From Squalus acanthias (Eukaryota): a DNA stretch of 64,000 nucleotides. The notes under the pieces were generated by a model. That model was not told the origin of the DNA and did no database searches. It saw nothing but the letters and a program-made list of their open reading frames with translations. Of this stretch, positions 25,253 to 38,347 are shown piece after piece. Within the stretch, counting starts at the first letter, position 1. Each line of letters begins with the position of its first letter. The position numbers were made by a program, and so were the translations under genes. The stretch covers positions 67,644,001-67,708,000 of the forward strand of contig CM059438.1 in the NCBI GenBank assembly GCA_030390025.1, in the 5' to 3' direction.

Positions 25253-26029
25253 CACTTCTTAACAGTGTCACATATTGACATAAACCACATAAATCCAGGA
25301 AGCATAATTTCTACAATCAGATTTGGGACTTAACAAGGTATTTTCAATGCGTGGCAGTGACACCATCAAAGAAAAACAAGAAGCTTTGATGGAAAGCACC
25401 TCGAACCAACGATACCACAGAACAGCTGTTATGCAATTTTTCCTAAAAGTGATGTGCTCAGTATAATGGAACAAATAGTACCTCTAACAATATGATGAAC
25501 CAAGCTTCACCATGGGACCAAATATAGTACAAATTCTTGAACTCCAAACGTATAATTTATACCTTCAGAGTTTCCATTGTCTGACCAGATGGAAACCGAC
25601 TTGAGTTATGTTGCCTCTAGTAAAATTGGGAAAATGCAGTGTTGTTTGATTATACTGTAGCATATTGTCTTCAGCAGAGAAATAAAGTTGGGAGGTTATA
25701 TATTCCTTTCTTTTCTATTTCTTTCTCAGATAGAATTAAAGGTGTAATGGTTGTGACTAACTAGAATCTGAAAACTAATTAATTTGCAACAACGTCAAGG
25801 GAGAAAGAAGGATTATAAAACTGATGACTACTGTCTTTAATGAAGTCCCACATGGATATTGAACAACCTAAGCAGAGATATTGTCTTGGGTACAGCAGTA
25901 CTCATCACTCCCGTAAGTCTAAACATCTTGCACTTTGCCATGTGCCGGTACTGTCCAAAATCGAGCTTTATAATAGTGTAACCCACGGGTGTAACAACAG
26001 GCCCCCAGTGATTTCAACTGGATATCATG

Positions 26030-26840
26030 GGCTGGATTTTGCCAGCGCTAAGGGGGCGGGTTTGGAGGCAGGTCAAAGGGTAAAATCATTTTGATTGACG
26101 GCGGGTTGCGATCCCACCATCAACCCATGTCCAAACAATTTTCCCAAGTGTCGGGTCCCCGATTTGCGTGTGGACCCGACACCTAGCGGCGGGAAGAGGA
26201 TTAAAGGCAATTACTTGCCTATTAACAGGTAGTTGATAGTAGTTGACAGGCTATTTTTTAATTTTGCCGCTTCTGCCTCGGGTTTCCCCACATCCGGACA
26301 CCACGCCAGATAAGTGTGGCGTGTTGTGAGTCTGCTGTAATGTTTCTGGATTGATGGCAGCTGCAGAAGTGGTGTGAAGGATCCAATGGTGCACTGGTGA
26401 GCCTCACAGGTAAGAAAATGTTGGGAAATTCATTTTTAATGCATTTACACATTTCTTTAGGTAACAAGTTTTGAAATCGATGTCCAGATCGCTCCTGTCA
26501 CCTCACCTGCAGCTGCCAAGTATTCCAGCCTATGGAGGGAGTCATTGGAGAGCCTGGGTGGCAAGAGCTCACCTTTGTACAGTGATTGTTAGTGTTTGCA
26601 GCACCTCAATGCTGTCAAACACTGAGAAATCAGCTGTCAAAAAAAATTGTGTGTGGTCCCTTCAAATGACGTCATCTGACCGGCTTCCTCTTAATTGGCC
26701 GGCAAGCCCGCAGGGCAGGCTTAACAAGGTCAATCAACGTAAAATCATGTCTATGGGTCGGATGCAGTTGGGGGCGAGACTGGAAGCCGGAAACCACCTG
26801 ACCCGCACCCAACCCGCCTCCATTGAAAAAATCGTAGCCC
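26030..26840. mobile_element. Harbinger-type MITE (family C)
   Basis: (G)GGCTGGATTTT...AAAATCGTAGCCC with 3-bp TSD ATG; carries a short Myb-gene relic (ggagggagtcattggagagcctgggtg). Confidence 0.85.
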
Positions 26841-27089
26841 ATGTCTCTGGCATGTGCTCTCCAATCTTTTCAAGGGCGGACTGAGAAATACTTGCTGAAA
26901 TGAGACCAGATACGAATCATTAAGATGCCTTATTGCACCAACAACAAATGCATATACAGTGGACCCCTCAAAGCAGATTCTACTTACTTCACTCAATCTC
27001 ACTTCTCCCTTCAAAAACATAGGAAGAAAATAATAGACCACGCACCCTGTCCATTTTGTGTGCTGACTTACTGTTTTGAAGGGAAAAAA

Positions 27090-27213
27090 TTATACAGGGC
27101 TATGGGGAAAGAACAGGGAAGTGGGATTAATTGGATAGTTCTACCAGCGAGCAGGCACAGGCATGATGGGCTGAATCGTCCCCTTCTGTGCTGTAACATT
27201 CTATGATTCCATG
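27090..27213 (+). mobile_element. CR1 LINE 3'UTR fragment
   Basis: gggctatggggaaag...gggctgaat...ttctatgattc tail. Confidence 0.7.
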
Positions 27214-28425
27214 AGCTTTTGAATATTTTTTTGTTTTTTTGTTTGTTTTTAAACAAGCCTGGAGGACATTTTTGGAGTAAGGGACTTTGAAGTTTTTTGA
27301 GCTTAATGGAATGGGGAACTGACTTAAGATAATGGGCAAAAAATTGCTGGGAAGTTGCGTCATTAGAATGACTCATTTAACGTCGCTCGTCATTATTAAT
27401 TTGTAAAAAATCGAGCAATTTGCAAAATGGAAGAGATACACCATGAGTTCTGAACCTCCGCAAATTGCTGGACGATTTGTGCTGCTCCGCCATTGGCCTG
27501 AGCAAAGCTGATAAAAGTCCGTTCTGGCAGTGAGGCTCCCCATTGAACTTAATGGCGATAGTAAAATTGCTGATTTAAGACATTATTCCAGATTATTCCC
27601 ACCACAGCCATTTAGGGCTGGTAATTAATGCCATAGAGGACCCCAGTAATGACGTGATTTATAGTCCTCGCGTGGCATTAAACCTTGGAGGCCCGTGAAG
27701 GGACCAGCAAAGCTGCAGAATCCCGCTCCAGCAGGTAGTGAATATTTCATAAAGGTTTTTTATTCTTGTTGTCTGTCTTGGTAGTCTTTTGTGCCACTCT
27801 TGCCATCCACACTCCTGTTAGTGTCAGAAGGCAATTATTTTCATGACTCAAAGCTGTTTCGACATGAAGAAGTGGATCACCCTTTCGAATGCAAATTAGC
27901 TAGATTTATTTCAGAAAATAACATTTTGGGATACAGTATGAGTAGTTTGAGACAGGACATGAGCTAATTGTAACATGCGTGGGTGGAGAATGGTGACTTT
28001 GGACCTATGGTTCCCAAAGCTCTCCACCACTGTGGTTTCCACATGTCATTTCTTGGTCTGGTGTAATTGATAGAGATTGATTGCTATGATCAGTCAACAA
28101 CTCCATTGTATCATGTGACTACCAGGATGATAGAAGGCGAACTGAAAGGTCTTGTTACATCTAGCACTTCCTATGAAAGCAGTGCAATGGTGTACCCACT
28201 GGTTGTTCCACTGTTCCTGATCATGACGGATGGGGCTGCTGGTTCTATACTTCCTAGGTCAATAATGTTTGAATATATTTTGCACACCTACCCTGCCATT
28301 CACTCATTAACTTCTCAAGGACCAATACAACAATTCCCAAACACAACTGAGTTACAATGTTCTCTTCTACTATGTTATTTTTTAAATTTTTTCTTACTTT
28401 TCCTTTCTATGACTCCTTTCTGTCT

Positions 28426-28427
<2 letters not shown>

Positions 28428-28456
<29 letters not shown>
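28428..28456. repeat. (TC)n microsatellite
   Basis: Direct reading. Confidence 0.9.
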
Positions 28457-29857
28457 AATCTACTCACTTTCTTTCCCACTCTACATTCCTCTTTCGGTCT
28501 CGATATTTCAGTTTGATTCTAATTTATATTTTGTTTGATTCTAATTCCATCCAATCTCCTTCTCAGTCTTTCGCTCTGTTTCTGTTTTTTTCCATCTGAT
28601 TTTTTCTCTATCCTTTTCTTTCATTGGTTGGGGAGATAAGCCATTGGGCATGATGTTCAGGAGGTCCCAGATGCAAATCTGACCTTGCTTCAAAGTTCCA
28701 GCAATTTGCAGCGTCAATGGTGGGCAAAAGAATCCAATTAACATCACTCGTCGCCAAACCCGCCTGTTCAGCAATTTCATGGATCGGTTATTACTGAAGC
28801 AAGAGGACCTGGATTACTGATGGGTGGTCAACTGATTAGGATTCATCTCCTTTTGTAGTGTTGCAGTTAGTAAATCGTGCAAATAAGCAATCCAATTATA
28901 TCATTGCGCTCACTCTTCTAAGCATTTACATTCAAAAACATGAACAGATACTGAAGAACATCACAATCTTTGTAGTGGGGTTCTTTTTTGTTTTAGAAGG
29001 CATCTTGGACATGATCACCTCTTCAAAAATGACTCCAAGTGCTTGGGATTGTTCAATATTGCATGTTTCTTTTGTATGAAAGAAATAGTTAGATGACTTC
29101 TACAAATATAAATTCGGCTCAGGCACTCTCTGTCTTTTAACAAGAGGAGGCACAGAGGCACAAGAGGAGGTCTCTTGTTAGTTACAGTACTTCACACAAT
29201 GGAACACTAGCTCCACAGGTTATTGCTGAGCTGCAGGTGTTTAACCAAACATAGTCGATCTACCACTTCCAGCTCAGTGACCCCAGCGCCTACCAATTAT
29301 ACTTGTACCCACTCCTTGGAGCTGAGTATTTAGCTCTAGGCTAACTCCACATCAATCTTTGGTGGTTCGGCGAGGTATGTAGAATTTTATCTCTGAAGAA
29401 GAAGAAGAAAAGAGATTGTGGAGAGAAAACTTGTGCAATAAGTTAAAGAAAAACAGCTTGTTGTAAAACAAAGTGACACACAGGTCAATATAAAGTGATA
29501 CTAGTGTCAGCTTATGTATTTTTTTACGTACTTGTTGTGTCTTCACTGGTTTGCTTAGTTAAATAGTGCTAACTCAATGATAATTCAGCTGATTGATCAT
29601 GAAAGAAATATTAAGACAACTTCTACAAATCTAAAATTTGCCCAGGTATTCCTGTCTTGATGAAAGGAGAGACAAAGGAAAATGCTGTTTGTAAGCTATC
29701 ATACTTTACATGATGGAGCATGAGCAATGCTGGTGAGCAAATCATTGAGAGGGCAAGTATTATTTAATGACAGTTTAGTCGAAAGATTTTTCTTCAACTT
29801 TACTCAGAAGAATATGCAGTTTGGAGAGCCATTTTAAAACATACTACCTTTTGACTT

Positions 29858-31425
29858 AACATAAGAAATAGGAGCAGGAATCAGCCATTCGGCCCTTCGA
29901 GCCTGCTCATAGAGTCAATGGGCTGGGTTTTGAAGTTGGAGTCGTGTTGGGGTCGGGAATCACACATTCTGGCTTGTGAACCTGCCTCCATCGAGATGTG
30001 GCCAACCCACTGTATTTTCCCTTGATTGACCTTGTTGAGCCCGCCCAGTGGGTTCAGCAGGCCAATTAAGGGCCACCCGGCAACAGGTGACGTCACAGAC
30101 TGACATTTCATCTGTCAAGAGCTTTTGACAGATGAAATATCAGCGTTTGACAGCTCTGTGAAGCTGTCAAAACTCACAATGATTTCTAACTTCAGTCCTT
30201 ACTTTCAGGCTGAGTTAGAAATCATTCCAGCACAGAAACCAGAAGGCTGCTGTTTTTGACAGGTCCACGGCTTTCCTGCTTTCTGTGCCGGTGAGATTTC
30301 TGTCTCCCGAGAACTGAAGGGCTGACACCTGCAGGAGGAAGTTAAGGTAAGTAAAACTTTTTCCAACACTTAGCACTTACCTTACACACTTACCTCTGCA
30401 CACATGCACCCATCATTCACCTGCCCACCGACATATCGACCCCTCCAACCCCTGCAGACCCACAGCCCGACCCGATAACTTGGAGTGTTTGCCACCTGTC
30501 GGGAGGCCCACACTTTTCGTTTGAAAATAGGGATTATGCAAAAAACTGCCTGTTAACTACCTGTTAACAGGCAGTTAATTGTCACTAATCCCTTCCCGCC
30601 TCGGGGAGTCGGGTCTCAGACCAGGTTGGGTACCCACCGCCAGAGAAACTGGCATGGAGGCGGGTTGGAGTCGGGATGGGGTCGGGACCCCCGAATCTGC
30701 AACTTTAACCACCCCCCCCGCCAACTCCAAACCCGACTCCACGGGTCATTCAAAATCCAGCCCATAGAGTCATAACGGCACAGAAGGAGGCTGTTCAGCC
30801 CATCGAGTCTGTGCCTGCTCTCTGTAGAGCAATCCAGTCAGTCCTATTCCCCTGCTCTATCCCCGTAGCCCTGCGAGTTTATTTCGCTCAAGTGCCTATC
30901 CAGTCTCCCCTTGAAAACATTGAGTGTCTCCGCTTCCACCACTTCCATCGGCAGCGAGTTCCAAGTCATCACCACTCGCTGAGTTTAAAAAGTTTTTCCT
31001 CACATCCCCCCTGTATCTTTTGCCCAAAACCTTAAATCTGTGTCCCCTAGTCCTTGTACAATCAATTAGTGGGAACAGCTTTTCCCCGTCTAGCCTATCC
31101 AAACCCGTCATAATCTTGTACACCTCCATCAAATCACCCCTCAACCTCCTTTGCTCTAATGTAAACAAATCCAGCTTCTCTAACCTGTCCTTGTAGCTAA
31201 GATACCCCCATCCCCGTAACCATTCTGGTAAATCTCCTCTGCACCCTCTCAAGGGCCTTCACATCCTTCCTAAAGTGTGGTGACCAGAACTGGACGCAAT
31301 ACTCCAGTTGTGGCTAACCAGTGCTTTATAAAGGTTCAGCATAACTTCTCTACTCTGCCATTCAATAAGATCATGGCTGATCTTCTACCTCAACTCCACC
31401 TTCCCGCACTATCCCCATATCCCTG
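29858..31425 (-). mobile_element. Nested CR1 tail < CR1 3' part < MITE
   Basis: Outer CR1 3'UTR split into 29858-29908 and 31356-31425; inner CR1 about 29909-31355 (ORF 30896-31252). Confidence 0.82.
29920..30763. mobile_element. Harbinger-type MITE (diverged family A relative)
   Basis: TIR GGGCTGGGTTTTGAA...TTCAAAATCCAGCCC; internal blocks shared with 3505-4317. Confidence 0.85.
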
Positions 31426-32206
31426 TTTCCATTCATTCATGATTTCATTATTTTTGTCATCATGCTAAATAGAATGACACATACTTTGATATTTTCACAC
31501 ATATATGCACACTCTTCTGTTGGGTTATTTATTTTGTGTGTTGTGTTTGCCGGAAAATACAATGGTTAGCTTTTCTATTTGTAAGAAAAAAACTGAAAGA
31601 CATCACCAAATGCTTGAAATTAATGTGACTAACTTTCTCAAACAGAAATTCATTCAATGGGGGCTTATTGAAGATATATATATAGCATTTAATGATTCTT
31701 AAGTCTGAGTTTCTCAAACCAGCGCTGTTACGGATATTATAGTGCACTTACTAGCATCCAGAAGATTGAGAATTATGTACCATATTTCTGCTACTGATGG
31801 CTGCAAGAGATTGTGACAAAACTCAGTAGTAGAATCTCCAAGTTTTATACAGAAAGGTCTAATGTTGTAGTGATGGCAGGATTAACATCCTAAGAACATT
31901 CTGATGTCTTGCCCAAGCACTATTTATCTTGCAGATGTTTTGGGTGATTTATTAATACAACCTCAAAGCTTCCCCAAAATCTGGTGCGTTGAATTGGTCC
32001 CTCGAACATATCTGAGCGAGGTGGCAATAGCTTACAGATGTCCAGGTGGGCTGTGAGGAATCCAGTGTTGGAGTGTGCAAGAGAACATATGTGAAAATAC
32101 AGGCGTGCAATTAGATGGTGCTGCATGTGGGAACAAAATAATAGACACAGCAAAGAAGCATAGAGCAAGGCAATAATGAATTTCCATTGTCTTTTTTCAA
32201 TACATT

Positions 32207-32950
32207 GGGCCGAAAATTGATCCCGGGACGCGAGAGTACGCACTGCGTACTCTCGCGTATTCCCACTCCAATTGCCAGTTTTCTGCATGCCCTGCGCATG
32301 CGCTGAAAACCGGCAATTGCTCTTCTGAAAAGGGGGCGGGGCCTGGGTGCATCGCGTGCGCGCTACAGGCTGCGCGCACGCTGTGCACTTCATGCTTTGG
32401 ACGCGCAGGTAAGTAGGGAAGATTTTGGAAATGTAAAAAGGAGGAGTAAGACCCGCTTTTAAGAAGGTAAGTAGTGAATTAAGTATTTTTTTGAATTTTT
32501 TTTTACAGGTATATCTTTTTTAGAGACTTTAAAGACAGGTAAGTTTATTTTTATAACTTTTTAAAAGATTTTAATTTTTTTCAAAAATTTAATTTTTTAT
32601 TTAAAATGGTTAATTTAATTAACTATACTTATTTTATTAATGTGATGGTTTTTTTTTAAAATTTAATTGAGGTTTAGCTGTTATTTTGGGGGGGTGTAAG
32701 ATTCATAGATTTCACAGCCATGCTGTGAGACTTATGAATGGAAGATGGTGTGCTGCCATTGGCTCTAACTGAGTCACGTGATCCCACAGCTCGCACGAAT
32801 TCACTACGCCGCTGGGATACGCAAGCCCAGCACAGCTGATGTCTGGAACATCAAGTTCGTGCGAGCTGGATCTGAAAAAGCATAAGCGAGGTGAGACATC
32901 GCGGGGAAGGCTTACCCCCGCGGGAACAGAGCGAGATCAATTTCTGGGCC
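32207..32950 (-). mobile_element. Harbinger-type MITE (family B), inverted twin of 12688-13430
   Basis: Near-identical reverse complement; the ORF track shows the same peptides. Confidence 0.92.
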
Positions 32951-33969
32951 AATGCAAATCATCAAATTGTTGCATAATTTTCAAATAAGCTGCAATTATA
33001 ATGCATTTCTGTGTCTGACACAGTGATACAGATATTCAAGTATTTGGTGATCTCTTTCAAAATTCTTCCCTGGATTTGTCAACAAAACTGTGAACTTGGA
33101 TATAATTTCCGTCCCCAATCCTGAAAATGGGTCAACTTTTTTTTTAAAAGTAACGTTCAAACCCCTCTCTGATAATTCTCAGTGTTCATGGCTGTGAGCT
33201 GCACCTCATCCTGAAGTGGAAGGTTTGGCCATCGGCTTGCTTAACACATCTCCTAAAACTGCCTGTTCCTTGCGGTTTACGGGGCCACGATAAATGGTGC
33301 ATTATGGCGCCAAAGATATTTAAAATTAATTTGGTTGGCAGGCGTGGATTATATAAGCACACATTTTGTGAGAAAGTTTCATGTGCACTGATTCACTGAT
33401 TGCCAATACTTAGCAAAGGCTTTTGAAGTGTAGATCTCAGTTTTCCTTAATGCCAATATTTGCAAGTTGTCTTTTGATTGAAATATATCACATCCAGTCT
33501 TGGTAGCATTTGGTGTTGAACTTTATTGAGTTCCTGGTCAATACTGTAAATATCAGCATGCTGCACTTTGATTTCTCTTCCCTATTTACATAGCAGATGG
33601 ATTGCAGCCAGTTTATTATAACATGCCAAATAGCTTGTGTTTGATATTGCTTTTGTTAGTGACATTTTAGGGAGATTAATATTAGAATCAATCGTTGTTT
33701 TGGATGAAACTTGTGTCAATGTGCCCTGTTGATATTGTTTGTTGTGTTTGAATCAATCCAACCAAAGTGCATGTTTTAATGTTTGTCGCCTTTTCCTGGG
33801 TCTTAATTTATAGAAACTCTGAATGCAGCTCTCCATATTGTTATCAGTCTCGTGACATATGGTGAAAGGTGTATTGGGATAGATTTATAATGGTTGGTTC
33901 ATTGTTCAGTAAAAATGACTCCACCCCACCTTCTCATTTTGCTCGCTTGCATTAATCCATGCTATCCCG

Positions 33970-34455
33970 AAACAAAAACACAGAGAATGCTGGCAACACG
34001 CAGGCGAGTTAGCATCTGTGGAGAGATGAGACATCCATGTTTTGGGCTGATCAGGAGCAGGTCAGTCAGCATCTGTGGAGAGATGAGACATCCATGTTTT
34101 GGGCTGATCAGGAGCAGGTCAGTCAGCATCTGTGGAGAGATGAGACATCCATGTTTTGGGCTGATCAGGAGCAGGTCAGTCAGTATTTGTGGAGAGATGA
34201 GACATCCATGTTTTGGGCTGATCAGGAGCAGGTCAGTCAGTATCTGTGGGGAGACAGGACAGGTTAACATTTCTGGTTGAATCCTGCAGAACTGAAGAAG
34301 GGCTCAGGCCAAACCACAGACCTGTCTCTTCTCTCAGCAGATGCTGACTGACCTACTGTATAAAAGGTCCAACCTGAAACATGGCCTGAAACACTTGCTG
34401 TGTGTTTCCAGCATTTTCTGATTTAGTTTCAGATTTGCCGCATTTGCAGTTATGA
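33970..34455. mobile_element. Decayed Penelope-like inverted termini
   Basis: aaaacacagagaatgctgg...gcatctgtggagag resembles 7260-7320; inverted partner cagatgctgactgacct...tccagcattttctg...tttcagattt at 34338-34435. Confidence 0.65.
34011..34250. repeat. 57-bp minisatellite, about 4 copies
   Basis: Unit cagcatctgtggagagatgagacatccatgttttgggctgatcaggagcaggtcagt; 19-aa periodicity in the ORF track. Confidence 0.95.
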
Positions 34456-34981
34456 GCTTTTTATTTCCACGCTGTCCCGGTTGGCTGTTCACTCTCAGGT
34501 GTGCAATATGTCAAGAGACTTCTCTCCTTCCAGTCATCCTTCTTTCCACACTTTCCCACTAAATAGGTGTCAATTGAAACTAATGTAAGCAAGCTAGACT
34601 CAGATTCAAACTTAAGACTTGAAGTTCATTACAATATTCTTACATTGTCACTGTGAGCACAATCCAGACACAATGCAAAATGAAAAGTTTAATAAGACTC
34701 TCCTCACCCTTGATATAGTTTGAGTAATGAGCTCATCCACCAAGCAAGTAAATGTTTTAGGCACCAAAATAATCCCTTATGGTTCTGTTACGGTTTGATT
34801 TTAAAGAAATAATTTTTACTGCTTCCTCATTCCACTCTACTGTACTTGGGCCTAAAACAATTATTTTGAAGCATGACTTCTTCTGCAACTTCCAACATTC
34901 AATCACTATGGCAGAGACATAACCTTCCGCCTTTTCATGATGGCCTATTAAGTCAACAAACTCGAGGCTAAACTGTCATAC

Positions 34982-35106
34982 GGGGGGCGGGCAGATTTGG
35001 CGTGCGGCACTAAATTCACCTCGCCCTGGCGATACTGGTCTAGCGCCCCATTAGCGCCATCTACTAGTGCTAACTGGAGGTGCTAAGGGGACGAATTTTT
35101 TCCCCC
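34982..35106. mobile_element. Harbinger terminal fragment (family D)
   Basis: Ends GAATTTTTTCCCCC like 42352-42973; TAGCGCC motifs. Confidence 0.55.
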
Positions 35107-35555
35107 TCCTAGAATCAAAATGGCAGGCGATTCTGGTGATTTAAAATTTAGCATCAAATTTGTCATTTGGTTAATGATTACTGATATGCTGCTTTATTTT
35201 TTTTCTGCAGAATATTGCTATATTGTACCACCGATATATTGCGAGTAGCTCTAAGTGTTTCATTCCTTAATTACTGCAGTGGTGAAATTTGACATGAGTG
35301 ACTTTAACTCTGTGTGGAACTCTGAATTGTTTTGATGAATTATGCTGATCCTTGAAAGACAGTTGTTCAGATTTGGAACGGCATGAATGTTTTATTGTAT
35401 CCAGTAGAGGACATGCACAGAATGTAGATGGTAATGTGGCTTGGTTGTTGTGGGAGCACCACAAAATAAGTAGAACTTAGACTAACAAAATAGAGTATTT
35501 TGCCCATGGTGTTTTTATTCTATTGCCTTTTCTGTACTTTCAATGTTAAAACAAA

Positions 35556-36378
35556 GGGGGTGATTTTCTCAATGGGAAGCTTTTGGAGGCGGGACTCCCA
35601 CTTGCCGGTTTTCAGTCCCGCCTCCATCAGCTTCTGGCCAACCAGCGGGATTTTCCCCTGATTGACCTTGTTATGCCCGCCCGGCGGGCTCAGCAGGCCA
35701 ATTAGGGCGAAGCCGGTTGCAGAGCACGTGTCATCTGTCAAGAATTTTTGAAAGAAGAAATGTCATCGTTTGACAGCTCTGTGAAGCTGTCAAACACTGA
35801 CATTCTGTGTAGTTTGATGAGGTCTTGCATACAAGGCCTAATCAACCTCCTTTCTTTTACAGAAATGAGATGTTTGTTGCATGAGAGAATGCAATGGCCA
35901 TCTCTTATCTGCAACACGGAGGGTGCGAGACTCTCCATATAGAAGCCGACTGAAGCCTGCAGGAAGAAACAAAGGTAAGTACACTTTTAAAAACACTTAG
36001 GACTTACCTCAGACACTCACCGCTACACTCTTGCACCATCACTTACCTTCACACCACACTTTTGCACCCCCACACCGACCCCCGCAGACCCAGTACTCAC
36101 CTCACTGAGCTGGCGGGTTTTGGAGCCTTCGGGAAGCCCGCACTTGTGAGGGCAAAAAGGGGATAATCCTATTTTCTGCCTGTTAACTACCTGTCAACAG
36201 GCAGTTAATAGGCTTTAATCCCTTCCCGCCTCCAAGGAGACGGGACCCGGCGTGGGATGGCTACCCGCCTCCTGGGAAGATAGTATGGAGGCGGGTTGGG
36301 GGCGGGTTTGCCACCCGCCCCCAAATTCTGCCATTTTCCCGGCAGTCCCGCCTCCTTGGGGCTGAGAAAATCGCCCCC
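35556..36378. mobile_element. Harbinger-type MITE (family A), complete
   Basis: TIR GGGGGTGATTTTCTCA...TGAGAAAATCGCCCCC; flanks AAA/TAA. Confidence 0.9.
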
Positions 36379-38084
36379 TAAGTTTGTTATAAGAAATAAC
36401 CCGCTTTAAGCATTGCACATCTCATGATGCCCGTCTATCCATTCCGAAATCTAGTCAATCACAGCAAAAGCACCAAACATTAACTGCTTACTTTGTCTTG
36501 CAACAGATCCATCAAAGAAGGTTGAAAATGGATTTATGTCCATCACCCTTTAAGTGGAATCTGCTGACACTCCCGGGGATAGGCCCTGGACAGTCTGAGG
36601 CTTTAATTCGATATGTGAGCGGCAGATTTATTTGATTTTGAAACTTACATATTTTGGTCATTGGGCTGGGAGCTAGTGCCTCTGGGATTTCTAGCCCCCT
36701 CGCCCCTTCCTGGATCCCGCTGCTGTAAGTTTTGTTGTGGATGTTAAATCAGGCCTAGAACTACTGAGAGAATTAACAAAAGGCCCCGTGGTTTGTTATT
36801 ATATCGAGGAGGTTAGGTCACGTTCTAAAACTGTCATCTATTATATCGTCTTGCCGCTGCTTATCTTTTAATAAACCCGTTCTGTAATTTATACCCCAAG
36901 CCATTCTCCAATAGTGTGTTTATTCTACCACTTTGTGAAATCCAGGAGATCATAAAAGGGCTCTTGTCATATTCAGTAAGTTAAATGCAGTAATGAGGAT
37001 TTCTGTTTGGCTTTTGGGCAGTATTACAGTAATACAAATTGTCTCCAAGGTCACATTTCAATTCATAGTGAGCGAGGGCTCGATTGCGGGAACGGTCCTT
37101 GACTTGGAGCACAAGAGAAATATATGAGTAAAACCCCAAAATGTAACGCAGCCCTTCACAGTAATTCTCTAATCATGAAACAGTTCTGATTATAGTGAAT
37201 ACTTTCTCAGGATTCTTTCATATCACCTACACAACTAGGCAGAATCATTTTGAATATAAAATCCAGCTTATAAAATGAGCGCCCTGCATTAACAGAGGCC
37301 GCATAAACCAAAAAGAGAAGGCAAATTGGAATCGATTTCCTTTTAGCAAACTGTTTCATAGACACATAGTGCAACAGCATGAGTGAGTCTGCTTCTGATA
37401 AAAGGAGTTTTCAGATTTTTTTGTGAGGAGGCGGGATTGCTGAGCGAGAAGCAATTGCTTATGGGAATTGAACCAGCATCGTTATGCGCAGGAACATTAC
37501 CAAGGAAACCGCCTCGACACTGAACTATTCCAGCAACTATAACCTGGACACTTCATGTGGTGATTTGGAATTATTCTGGGGCCTCATTATTTTATATACA
37601 TCGTACATTGGGCTACCAGGTTACACCGAGTCCAAAACTGGCCAGAGGGCAGGAGATAGGCCTAGTCATCAGGGTGGCATCACAGCTTGAGTTCTGATGT
37701 TTGCTTAACAGGAGCTGAATATTGATTGAAAACCTAATCCTTCCACATGAAGAGGCACTGACATCTGAAGGGCACACACAGCTTTTGTACTGCACACCTC
37801 TCCCAACATGGTGAATCTGAGGTTGTGCTGTTCTAAGGGAGGCGGCGTTACTGGATTGTGCTGGGAAAAGGTGCACAACTCAAGTGAAAGAATTTGGAAT
37901 GTAGTTTTTATAGAGTTGGGTCTGGAGAGAATGAAGTTTTAAAAAAACAAAAACAAAACACAACTGGATAAATACCACAGCTACATAAATCTACCTGTTG
38001 TCTCTGAATTGTACTTTGCTATCGGAGCACAATAACAAAATGTGTAGCTGACAAAGAAATAGCCAACAACCCGCCCCCCCACTG

Positions 38085-38310
38085 CTGTATCTAATTGTTC
38101 CTTAAATCACTCCAGGGCTTTTGTCTCCACCACTCTATCTGAAAGTCCATTCTGAGTGTTGATCACTCTCTGTGTGAAGAAGAACTTGATAATCAGGCCT
38201 TTTAAGCCTCACTTGTTGTCTACTATATTGCCTTGCTGGATGCAGTATTCAAGGTGCAATTTGAACAGAGCACTGTACAATGTGATCGTGACTTTCTCGG
38301 ACTGGTATTT
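38085..38310 (-). mobile_element. Old CR1 fragments
   Basis: Degenerate ...tcactctctgtgtgaagaag... and ...cagtattcaaggtgc... blocks. Confidence 0.5.
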
Positions 38311-38347
38311 CACTCTTATTTTTGGTCAGGTAGTTCATCGTTCTCTT

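Noticed and set aside
27334..28785. Possible old MITE spanning this interval
   Set aside because: Only weak TIR-like ends (AAATTGCTG/CAGCAATTT) and no second copy in the window
33894..34280. Repetitive ORFs or a CRISPR-like array
   Set aside because: Head-to-tail 57-bp tandem repeat without unique spacers; the ORFs result from the unit length being a multiple of 3
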